DNA of 64,000 bases from the human T2T-CHM13v2.0 reference genome, Homo sapiens. The notes below the pieces were generated by a model that was not told the origin of the DNA, did not search any database, and was given only the letters and a program-made list of their open reading frames with translations. The stretch's first letter is position 1. Each line of letters starts with the position of its first letter. The stretch lies in NCBI RefSeq assembly GCF_009914755.1, contig NC_060938.1, one strand, 5' to 3'. Position numbers and translations under genes: made by a program. This document shows, piece after piece, positions 12,600-23,300 of this stretch.

Positions 12600-13300
12600 T
12601 AGTGAGTGGTGCCACTTCCACTTCTACCCCTTGATTCCTGACTTGTGAATCCTGGCTATGGGAAAAACGGTAGTATATATTGGACCCTGATTCAGAGTAT
12701 ACATGGCCTTCTGGAGAACTTTGCCCCAGTCCGGCAAAGTATTGTCACCTAGCTGGCATTGTAATTGTGATTCCAAATGGCCATTCCACCGTTCTATCAA
12801 CCCACCTGCTTCAGGATGATGGGGAACATGGTAAGATCAGTGAATTCCATGAGCATGAGCCTACTACCACACTTCTTTAGCTGTAAAGTGAATGCCTTGG
12901 TCAGAGGCAATGCTGTGTGGAATACCATAATGGTGGATAAGGCATTCTGTGAGTCCATGGATGGTAGTCTTGGCAGAAGCATTGTGTGCAAGATAGGCAA
13001 ACCCATATCCAGAGTAAGTGTCTATTCCAGTGAGTACAAACCTCTTTCCTTTCTATGATGGAAGAGGTCCAATATAATCAACCTGCCACCAGGTAGCTGG
13101 CGGATCACCCTGAAGAATGGTACCATATCAAAGGCTCAGTGTTGGTCTCTGCTGCTGGCAAATTGGGCACTCAACAGTGGGCGTAGCCAGGTCACCCTTG
13201 GTAAGTGGAAGTCCATGTTGCTGAGCCATGTGTAACTTTCATCCCTGCCACCATGGCCACTTTGTTCATGGGCCCATTGGGCGATGACAGGGGTGACTGG
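12600..13300 (-). pseudogene. HERV-L integrase remnant
   Basis: AHEQSGHGGRD zinc-binding start in ORF 13136-13417, followed by frameshifted core fragments. Confidence 0.8.
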
Positions 13301-13339
13301 GGAAAGAGGCTGAGTGTTGTCCACAGAACAAGTCATCCT

Positions 13340-13760
13340 ATCCACTTGATTATTAAACACTGCCTCTGCTGGGGTCACCCATTGGTGAGCATTCACATGG
13401 GATACAAATATCTTCACAGGTTTTGACTATTCAGAGAGGTCCATCCACATACCTATTCCCCAAATTTCTTAGTCACCAATTTTCCAATCATGGTTCTTCC
13501 AAATCCCTGACCATTCAGCCAAACCACTGGCTACAGCCCATGAATCAGTATATAATTCCACATGTGGCCATTTTTTCTTCCACGCAAAGTGCACAACCAG
13601 GTGCACTGCTCGAAGTTCTGCCTACTGGGGAGATTTCCCTTCACCACTGTCCTTCAGGGATGTCCTAGAAAGGGGCTGTAGTGCTGCAGCTGTCCACGTC
13701 CAGGTGGTGCCTGCATATTGTGCAGAACCATCTGTGAACCAGGCCCTAGTCTTCTCTTCC
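13340..13760 (-). pseudogene. HERV-L RNase H remnant
   Basis: Minus strand tggttcacagatggttctgca encodes WFTDGSA; IFVSHVNAH at the C-terminal end. Confidence 0.8.
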
Positions 13761-14099
13761 TCTGTCAACTGATCATAGGGAACTCTCCATGAGGCCATCG
13801 GTGCAGGGGGAGAGAAGGCAGGGTGGCAGGAATGGAGACCATGGGCATTTGAGCCACTTCCTCATGTAACTTACTTGTGTCTTCAGGACCTGCTCGAGCC
13901 AGATCACATATATACTACTTTCATTTGATGATGGAAGGCTGATGTGCACAACCCACTTTATGATTAGGTGGGTCAGACAGCACCCAATTCATGATAGGCA
14001 GTTCAGGTCGCAAGGTGACTTGATGACCCATAGTCAAACGTTCAGTTTCCACCAAAGCCCAGTAACAGGTGAAGAGCTATCTCTCAAAAGGAGAGTAGT

Positions 14100-15100
14100 T
14101 ATCTGCAGAAGAGATGGCAGGGCCTTGCTCCAAAATCCTAGAGGCCTCCACTGTGATTCACCTATGGGAGCCTGCCAAAGGTTCTAAACAGTATCCCTAT
14201 CTGCCACTGACACCTCAAGCACCATTGGATCTGCTGGGTCATATGGCCCAAGTGGTAGAGCAGCTTGCACAACAGCCTGGACCTGTTGCAGAGCCTTCTT
14301 CTCTTCTGAACCCAATTCAAAACTGGCAGCCATTTGGGTCACTTGATAAATGGGCCAAAGTAACACCTAAATGAAGCATGTGTTGCCTGTAAAATCCAAA
14401 TAGGCCCACTAGGCATTGTGCCCCTTTCTTTGTTGTAAGAGGGGCCAAACGCAGAAACTTATCCTTTACCTTAGAAGGAATATCTCGACAGGCCCCACAC
14501 CACTGGACCCCTAGAAATTTTACTGAGGTAGAAGGTCCCTGAATTTTAGTCATTTATTTCCCATCCTCTGGCATGCAAATGTCTCACCAATAAGTTCAGT
14601 GTGTTTGCTGCTTCTTCCTCACTAGATCCAATGAGCATAATGTCATCATGCAATGCACCAGTGTGATATCTTGCAGAAGTGAAAAGTGATCAAGGTTTCT
14701 CCATATAAAATTATGACACAAAGCTGGAGAATCTATATACCCCTGAGGTAGGACAATGAAGGTATATTGCTGGCCTTGCCAGCTGAAGGCAAATTTCTTC
14801 TGGTGGGCCTTATGGACAGGAAGGGAGAAAAAGGCATTTGCCAAGTCAATGCCAAGTCAATTGATGTGTTAATTTGCTCAAGCAATGAAACCACATCTGG
14901 TACAGCAGCTGCAATTGGAGTCACCACTTGGTTAAGCTTACAGTAATCCACTGTCATTCTCCAAGATTCATCGGTCTTCTGCACAAATGGAAGGGTTGAA
15001 TAGGGATGTGGTGGGAATCACCACCCCTGCATCATTCAAGTCTTTGATGGTGACACTAATCTCTGCAGTCCCTCTAGGGATGAGATATTGTTTTTGATTT
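14100..15100 (-). pseudogene. HERV-L reverse transcriptase remnant
   Basis: WRMTVDY, ANAFFS, VLPQGY, VKFLG motifs in fragmented ORFs; the YxDD motif near 14640-14657 is mutated and frameshifted. Confidence 0.9.
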
Positions 15101-15199
15101 ACTATTTTTCTAGGTAGGGGCGGCTTTACTGGCTTCCATTTTGCCTTTCCCAGCATAGTAGCCCTCACCCTACTAGTCAGGGAGCCAGTGTGGTGGTTC

Positions 15200-15513
15200 T
15201 GCCAGCTGGTAAGTATGTCTATGCCAATTATGCATTCTGGCACTGGGGAAATGACCACAGGATGAGTCCGGGGACCCACTGGACCCACTGTAAGTCAGAC
15301 CTGAGCTAAAACTCCATATGTTACCTGACCCCCATAAGCCCCTACATTAACTGGAGGACCACAGTGATGTTTTTGGTCCCCTGGAATCAACATCAGCTCA
15401 GAGCCAGTGTCCAGTAGTCCCTGAAATGTCTGATTATTTCCCCTTCCCCAGTGCTCAGTTACCCTGGTGAAAGGCTGGAAGTCTCCTTGGGGAAGGATGG
15501 GAGAAAGATCCAC
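15200..15513 (-). pseudogene. HERV-L aspartic protease remnant
   Basis: LLDTGSELMLIPG active-site motif; IIGIDIL in the adjacent frame. Confidence 0.88.
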
Positions 15514-15559
15514 TGCATAAATTATTGGTAATGGGGTCCTTCCTCAAGGAGACCTGGCC

Positions 15560-17070
15560 TCCCCTTCATTCAAGGGGTTTTGGGTCTGTAAACTGGCTCA
15601 AGTCTGGAAATTGATTGAGGGGCCGTGATTCTCTGTTTTTATAATTCGAGTTAGTCTTTTTTCCATTCGACCTAGAAGTTTTCTGTTTGTATAATTAAAG
15701 TAGGAATGCAGTAGGCTTCCTATCAATTTCACTTCTAGGAACACCGTGATTAATTAGCCAGTGCCAGAGCTGTACATGATTCTGATTGATGCTTTGCCTC
15801 TGCTGTCCATTACGGTAGCTATGCCCACCTTGCTTTTGACAGTTGAATACTGCCACTTGGCTCCTGAGACCTTGAGATCCAATTATTCCCATTGTATTTA
15901 AATTTTGTAGTTGAGTGACTGTGGTTCCCACCATTAGATCTGACATACAGAGAAGAGCAATTATAGGGCTCTTCAAAGATGCAAGTGCTGCCCTCACAAC
16001 TCTGTTTTGCAAGGCATTTGTCAAGAGTATATCTTCTGGACCCTCCCAGCTGGAATGAATAGGTCTAAAGTGACTAATCTATTCAGCCATCCCAATCTCT
16101 CTAAGCCTTTGGATCCCTTCCTCTACATTAAACCAAGGGATATTAGGCATTTCCAGCTCCTTCATAGTGGGCCATCTTTTAATCCATATTTCAGCTAACC
16201 AAGCAGATAAACTATTAGAACCATTTTTTAGCCCCCTAAGCTGCAACATTAAAAGCAGAGTCCCTACTTAGTGGGCTCCTTTTCGAGGGTAGCACACCTC
16301 CTCATGGGTCACACTCTCAACCTCACTTGTAGGGGCCCACTGGGATTTTAGTCTAAAAGCAAACAGAGGTGTTGGGGGTGGCTTCTGAGGAGAATCAACA
16401 TTTTCCTGCCTGGCAACTGCCTCAGGGGAGGCCATCACTGTTGCCTCAGGCAGCACAGACTCTATCTCCTTAGACAAAGGTGGAAAGTCTGATGGCAGCA
16501 TGGGTCAGGGAGGGGATGTTGCCACTACTGGGGATGGAGAAGCTGTTCCATCTGGCAAAAATGTTTAATCAGAGTTTACAAACTCAGTGTCCCCAGTGTC
16601 ATCAGGGTCCTCCCACACATCCCTATTCCAAGTTGCATGGTCCCATTCTTTTCCAATCAATGTTCTCACTTTAACAGTAGACACCTGGTGAGGCTGTGTA
16701 TGCATCTTTTGTTGCAGGTCAGCCACTTGCATGATAAGAGCTTGTGTCTGTTTTTCCACAATTTCAGCTCTCACTCAAGGCAGTCTTAGCAGATTTGAGG
16801 CTCAGTATCTGCTTCTGAACCGGGGAGGCAGAATCCCTGAGTTCATCATTTTCTTTTCTCACTTTGTCCACTGAACTTAGGAGCAACCAACCAGCTTCAT
16901 TATATTCCTTGGTTCTCCAAATATGGTCAGAGGTATTATGTAGAGGGTCACTAAACTCCTTGCCTCTCACGAGTGGTGAATCAGGAGTGTCAAATCATTT
17001 ATTTTGCATAAGTCTCTAAACAGTTTCCACCAAGGACTATCAGTGTTCTCCATACAATTAGAAGTAGAGT
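15560..17070 (-). pseudogene. HERV-L gag remnant
   Basis: Fragments LIGKEWD...VWED, VTHEEV, LWHWLINHGVPRSEID typical of ERV-L Gag. Confidence 0.88.
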
Positions 17071-17084
17071 CCTCTGTTCCTGTA

Positions 17085-17102
17085 GAACCACTCCTAGTAC
17101 CA
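17085..17102 (-). other. Primer-binding site (tRNA-Leu type)
   Basis: Minus strand tggtactaggagtggttc, 5 nt after the 5' LTR end. Confidence 0.75.
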
Positions 17103-17107
17103 AAATC

Positions 17108-17627
17108 TGTATTAGTCAGGGTTCTGTTAGAGGGACAGAACTAATATATATATCTATATGTGTGTATATATATATGTGTGTATATATGTGTGTGTGTATA
17201 TATATGTATATACACACATACACATACACACATACATACACACAAAGGGGAGTTTATTAAGTATTAACTTACATGATCACAAGGTCCCCCATAGGCTGTC
17301 TGCAAGCTGAGGAGCAAGGAGAGCCAGTCTGAGTCCCAAAACTGAAGAACCTGGAGTCCAGTGTTCCAGGGCAGGAAGCATCCATGTGATGCATGGGAGA
17401 AAGATACAGGCTGGGAGGCTAGGCCCATCTCATCACTGCACGTTTTTCTGCCTGCTTTATATTTGCTGGCAGCTAATTAGATGGTGTCTAGCCAATTAAA
17501 GGTGGGTCTGCCTTCCTCAGCCCATTGACTCAAATGTTAATCTCCTTTGGCAACACCCTCACATACACACCCAGGATCAATACTTGCATTTTTCAATACA
17601 AGTTGACACTCAGTATTAACCATCACA
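17108..17627 (-). mobile_element. MLT2A1-type 5' LTR
   Basis: Minus strand starts tgtgatggttaatactgagtgtcaacttg and ends ctgactaataca; TATA (17456-17461) and AATAAA (17253-17258) retained. Confidence 0.95.
17143..17244. repeat. Compound (TA)/(TG)/(CA) microsatellite inside 5' LTR
   Basis: Direct reading of alternating purine-pyrimidine tract. Confidence 0.95.
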
Positions 17628-18597
17628 CTTGTCAACCGTATGAACCACAAATTCAATGAAGTTTAATTCAACAAATACTTATTAAATATTATTATGCCCA
17701 GAGCATTCTGTTAGATACTATAGATTAATATGAAGAAGTCTTAGGTTTTGGTATTTTATTAGGAGAGACATATATTAAATACCATTTAGTTCAGTTTAAT
17801 TGAGTAAATTTTACTGTGAATGAACCATATGGTAGGCACTGTTTGGTGCCGGAGACACAAACAGAGTCTATGTGCTTGAGAAATATATAGTCTAGCAAGG
17901 AGAAAACAGAAATCTGTGGAGAACATTGATTTTTCTCCATACATGGAGCAATGGTGGAGAACAGTAATTTTTGTCATGATTGCCATATCCATAAACATTG
18001 TAGACACGCACACACACATATACACACACACACACCACTTCAGACATCAGTATTGCAATTGAGACTAGGCTTAATCTTGTTACAGATTGGTGATAAACAT
18101 ACTAAGAGGAGGAGACAACATTTCATCTGAGCCTTGTGCTATGTCTAATACTGTGCTGACTGGACAAGAGAGAGAAGGACATTCTAAGTAGACTGAACTG
18201 CATGAGTTAATGTAAAAAGGCAGAAAATATATTACAGCCTCAATGCATGTGGTCTGAAATTGGTGAAATGGTAGAGCAGCAGACTGCCAGAAATCTATTT
18301 AGACAAAGAATTCAGGAGACTCCTGGGAGATAACTCATCCCAGGAGGAGAACATTGAATGGACAAGCTTGACTCAGGAATAAACCACTCCCTCAGTTATT
18401 AAAAAGTGACTTTGAATGCAGTTTCATGGATTGCTCTTGTCAAGGATGACTCAGTAATAAAGCATTTGGAAAATGAAAATAAGTTTAATTGCTAAGATTG
18501 CAAGAGAGATCAGGCTTTAAAAGTTTTAACTCACAAACTTAAATATAAAGCGATTCTTTAAAGAAAACACTCTCTACGAGATTACTAAGGTGACCAT

Positions 18598-19049
18598 GTT
18601 TATTAGCCAGCACTTATCAAAATGCTGTGTAACAAACAACTATAAAATCTACTGGCTTAACAAGCATATAAGTACGTTAGCTGAGGTGTATTAGTTCTAG
18701 TCAGGGTTTGGCTGGTGGCTCCAACCTTACGATTGGTCTTAAGCCTACTCCAAGTGTCTTGCATCCTGTCTTCCTTGGTCCAGTGGGCTAGCTGGGGCCT
18801 ATTCTCAGGTGATAACAGAAGCTCAGGGGTGAATAGATCAAGGTGATGTCTGTCAAGGAATGAGACCTAAACTAGCAAGCTGTCACTTTCACTTACTTCC
18901 CATTGGTCAAAACAAATTATGTGGTGAAGCCCAAAACCAAAGGTGTGGGGAAGCATACTCACCTCCACTGGGTGAGACTGCAAAGCTACATGTCAAAAAG
19001 CAAGGTTGGAGGGAGGGTAAAGAACTGAAAACATTCTGCTATGCTGACA
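18598..19049 (-). mobile_element. Old MLT1 LTR (MLT1J/K-like)
   Basis: atgctgtgtaacaaac start; cccattggtcaaaacaaattatgtgg and actgcaaagctacatg motifs. Confidence 0.7.
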
Positions 19050-19807
19050 GTTCATGGTGGAGAACAGTAAGTTTTGTCATGATTGCTGTATTCATAAACA
19101 TTGTAGACACACACACATATACCTTTCAGACATCGGTACTGCAAAAGTTAAAAAGAACTTTATTTTTGTTTGGGAATCAGTTATGGGAAAGGCTTAAGGT
19201 GTCACTTATTTTGGAGACTAGAACTAGACAAGGCAACCCTGGTTTTTTTTTAATTTTTTTTTTTTTTTTTTTTGCTTATTTGGGGATTATTGCTTGTTTG
19301 TTTTTCTTGACTGTGAGACGTGATGGTCATGCTTCTCCATGAAGGTAGCAGGTACCCTCTGTTCTGCATAAAGACCTCCTGCCTAAAGCTGACTTAGGGG
19401 TTGGGATAGTATAACATGATATGAGGCTGGAAAAAAATTGGCTGGGATCAGGTTGTAAATTATATGTATATCAGGTTAAGGAGGTTGACTTTACCCTCTG
19501 AGGAGTCTTTAGAAAGCTTTGAATACATTGAATTTGAATATATCAGATTTATATTGTAGAAATTTGACCCTAATGATAATTGAATAAAGACACAAGGAAA
19601 AATACATGAATAGAGACAAATGTAATTTGGTGCAAGGTAGACAATAATTATTATTTAAAAAATACAGCAGAGGGAGAACAGAGAGTGGAAGAATTAATTC
19701 CATCGGGGAGATTTTGGGAAGATCAATAAATAAGATAGGCATCAAAATGACTTTCATAAATGGAAAACAAGTAATGGGGAGGGAAAGCAAACAAGAAAGA
19801 CAGTAGA

Positions 19808-21060
19808 ACATTCATTTATTTAGCAAATAGTTACTGAGTACTACTAGATTCTGGGTACTGTATTAAATATTGGGGGTGTAATTTTGGGCAAAACCAAAAA
19901 TATTTTTTGCCATTGAAAAGTTTATTTCTATTGGAGTCAGACTTTAACCAGACAGTAACTAAAAATAAATGTAAAACTGCATATGTAGCAAGCCCTGTGA
20001 ATGATAGCTATACAACGCTAAGACTTTTCAACAAAGAGTTTTCCATGGTAGGGTCAGGGAGATCAGGGAATTCTTCCATGAGGAAGCAACACTTAAGCTG
20101 AGACCTGGAGGATTAAAAGGGGTTAATTAGGTAACGAGTGGAGGGATGGTGTCTAACAATGTGGAGGGCTTACTCTGTACCAGATGTTTACTAAATGCCT
20201 TACATATAACCAATCTTTTCATTTTCTGAATAACTCTATGATATAGACTGTTATTATCCCCATTTTGCAGATATTAAAACTATGGTTTTCAGAGAGTTTA
20301 AGATTATACAGCTAGTACAGGGTACACCTGGCATTTGAACCCTTCTGTTTCAGTGATTCTGTTATCTCTGTTTTTATTATGTCATCTTTCCAGGTAAGGA
20401 GGAGAATTTCAGGCAGAAGAAATGACATGTTCCAAGGTCTAGAGGTAGTGTTTCTAAAATGAGGACCTGAAATGAGGCAATGTCAAGCAAGCAAAGGTAG
20501 TAAGCAGCAGGGAGTAATGGGGTCAGGCAGGAAAGGCAAATAAGGAGCATGGATACAAGCTCCGTAGTCCAGCTGAAGGAATCTTCTTCCCTCCCCTCTC
20601 GTCCTCCCTCCCTCCCTCCTTCCCTTCCTTCCTTCCTTCCTTCCTTCCTTCCTTCCTTCCTTCCTTCCTTCCTTCCTTCCTTCCTTCCTTCCTTCCTTCA
20701 TCTCTTTCTCTCTTTCTCTTTCTTTCTAAAGGAAATGTAAGATATTGAAGCATTTTAAACAGAGTTCACATTTTTAGATATTCATTTTGAAAATATTGTG
20801 GAGAGAGAGTGGGGGGAGCGGCAGAGATACAACTGGGCCATTTCAGGGCCATTGTGTCACGCCAAACAAGAAGTTATGGTAGTTTAGACAAGGCTGCTGC
20901 TGCTGCAAAAAATGGGAGGTTGGCATGGATCTGAAAGCTTTTCAGCAGGTAAAATTGCAAGGACTTTGTGAATTGAATTTTAGAGAGGCAAAAGAAGTGT
21001 CAAGAATGATTTGGTTTCTGGCTTGTACAACTGGGTGGACGGTGACACTACTGAGGACAG
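19808..21060 (-). mobile_element. L2 fragment interrupted by a MIR (~20155-20350) and a (TTCC)n tract
   Basis: L2 tail cattcatttatttagcaaatagttactgag; ttaagctgagacctggagga; MIR core attatccccattttgcagat. Confidence 0.7.
20602..20699. repeat. (CCCT)n/(TTCC)n microsatellite
   Basis: Direct reading; source of the EGRK-repeat ORFs. Confidence 0.98.
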
Positions 21061-22164
21061 ACTTGCTTAATGGATTATTTTTGGGACTAGGTTAAGTCCA
21101 CTCTGGCATGTTTGAGGATTGAAATAAGGGGAAAAGAAATGCAGTCTAGGATAACTAGCAGAGAGAGTCCTGTTTGTCTATGGCTTTTCCTCTTACTGTT
21201 GCAAATTAGTAGTTGTCAGCTGCCACAAAAATATAGATACAATTAAAAGAAAGAAATTCACTTCCTCTGGTAAACAAAATTAAATATAGAGACAAGAATT
21301 ACCTTATTAAGTTCAGGATTATTCTCATATCCATTATACAACATATGGCTTTATATATAATGTAAGTATAGAATATATAGATCATATAAATTGTATATAG
21401 ATTTTTTTACATAAATGGTAGAAGAATCATAAAGCTGGACAATTGTAAGTAGTTTTGATTCAAGATGAGTTGTATTTTTTCATTGTCTAGAATCTGATAA
21501 AATAGAGGGCCCTAAGATTAGATTACAGCTCAAGAGATTAAAGTGTACTCCTTTTCTTCCAAGCTCAAATGCATTCAGATTGCCACAAACTATTTTTCCC
21601 CTTAAACATAGCCATAGAAAACTAGCATTTATTTACTTATTTATTGGCAGAGTATTTGCTTTCCAAAAATGAGAAGAAAAAAATCTTGCTAGCTCCTTTC
21701 CATATGAAAATCAGATGGATTGAAAGCAATGCTTTGCCTTAAAGAACAGACCTACTCTGTTGCAAAAATTTAATTAAGCTTAAAAGTGCCATGAAATGCA
21801 ATTGAACATTGCAAGCAAGTGGATTGGAATAGTACCTTCAGGTGATAAAAAGGGTAGTAAATGTATTTCAAAGTAAGGTTCAGATATAAAAGGAACTGCC
21901 TCACTAGAAGCTGTTTTTAATTAATGCTTTACTTTTGGCTCACTTGTATAAGAGCTAATAAGGATACTTAAACACAAAAATTTAACTTTGCTTTTATGCC
22001 CTTTCTTGAGACACAAATTATCATGAACTGTAAAGCACATATGGGAGATTATTTTCAAAATCTTGATTACATTCATTGCAAGAACTTCACAGCTCAATCA
22101 AAAACATGGTCTAGGCAGTTTTTCAGTGAATTTGGGTCACACAGATAAGCAAGATACTTTAGAC

Positions 22165-23300
22165 CACTGGTTCTCACAACAATGCCATTATGATCCTATG
22201 CAGATTGTTTTAGAAATTTGTGGAAGTCTTCTTTTGAAAAGTGTCTGTTCATGTCCTTTGCCCTGGGTATATACCCAAAGGAATAGAAATCATTATATTA
22301 TAAAGACACATGCACACATATGTTCATTGTAGCACTATTTATAATAGCAAAAAATGTGGAATCAACCTAAATGCCTAGAAATAATAGATTGGATAAAGAA
22401 AATATGGTACATGCACACTATGGAATACTATGAAGCCACAAAAAAAGATGAGATCATGTCCTTTGCAGGAACATGAATGGAGCTGGAGGCCATTACTTTT
22501 GGCAAACTAACACAGGAACAGAAAACCAAATACTTCATATTCTCACTTATGAGTGGGAGTTAAATAATGAGAAACATTGACACATAGAGGGAAACAACAC
22601 ACACTGGGGCCTATTGGGGAGTTGAGGGTGGGAAGAGAGATATGATCAGGAAAAGTAACTAATGGGTACCAGGCTTAATACCTGGGTGGTGAAATAATTT
22701 GTACAACAAACCCCCATGATACAAGTTTACCTATGTAACAAACCTGAACGTGTACCCCTTAACTTAAAATAAAATTTAGAAAAAACAAATATGTGGAAGT
22801 ATTTTGGGCTGTCACAATGACTGTGACACTTTACTGCTGTTCGATGGGTGGGATCAAGATGTTGAGTATCCAGCCATGTGCAGGACAGTTTTATAAATCA
22901 TGTAATTTTACCCTACATTGCACAATTTCTGAATATTCTATTCATCATTCACATAGGTGAGAACCTCCTTTACACTTATTTGAGCCTAAAACCTAACTTG
23001 GTTTTATATATCAACACAAAGTCTTTTTTTTTTAGAGCTTTAATATACACTGAATATTTCAGAATCACAGTTGCAATGTATACTGAGGAAAAATTTTATA
23101 TTATTTTATTTTCAATTTTACAAAGATGTGTTTTCCACTTTGATAAATCATGCCATCAGTGAGAATATGTGCTGCTTATAGTAGATATCTGAGTAACTAA
23201 TACACTGCCTCTCATCAGTCTGCATTTACTGCTATTGTCCAGTTCATGGTGATTCTATATAGAGGTGTAAGAATCTGACTTCTTCATTATGCCTTCCAGA
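22165..23300. mobile_element. hAT-Charlie DNA transposon (MER20/MER20B-like), split by an L1
   Basis: cactggttctca terminus; ttttgggctgtcacaa and atgtgcaggacag resume after the L1 TSD. Right boundary is approximate. Confidence 0.6.
22228..22786 (+). mobile_element. 5'-truncated L1PA (PA13-16-like) with 36-bp 5' inversion
   Basis: TSD aaatttgtggaagt (22214-22227) / aaatatgtggaagt (22787-22800); 22228-22263 is antisense L1, then sense ORF2 end and 3' UTR. Confidence 0.92.

Larger units (their letters stand above)
11243..17627 (-). mobile_element. HERV-L provirus (MLT2A1 LTR - gag-pro-pol-dUTPase - MLT2A1 LTR), non-coding
   Basis: Two homologous LTRs flank remnants in ERV-L order (gag, protease, RT, RNase H, integrase, dUTPase); no env; PBS and PPT present. 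Confidence 0.97.

Noticed and set aside
17626-17637. cacttgtcaac at the outer end of the 5' LTR, matching sequence next to the 3' LTR (11748-11758)
   Set aside because: An 11-bp match partly overlapping the LTR end; could hint at a former tandem provirus but cannot be separated from chance.
18860-19342. 160-aa ORF, the longest in the track
   Set aside because: Runs through an antisense MLT1 LTR, a CA tract and poly-T; no recognisable domain.
20483-20753. EGRK-repeat and PSFL-repeat ORFs
   Set aside because: Translations of the (TTCC)n microsatellite.
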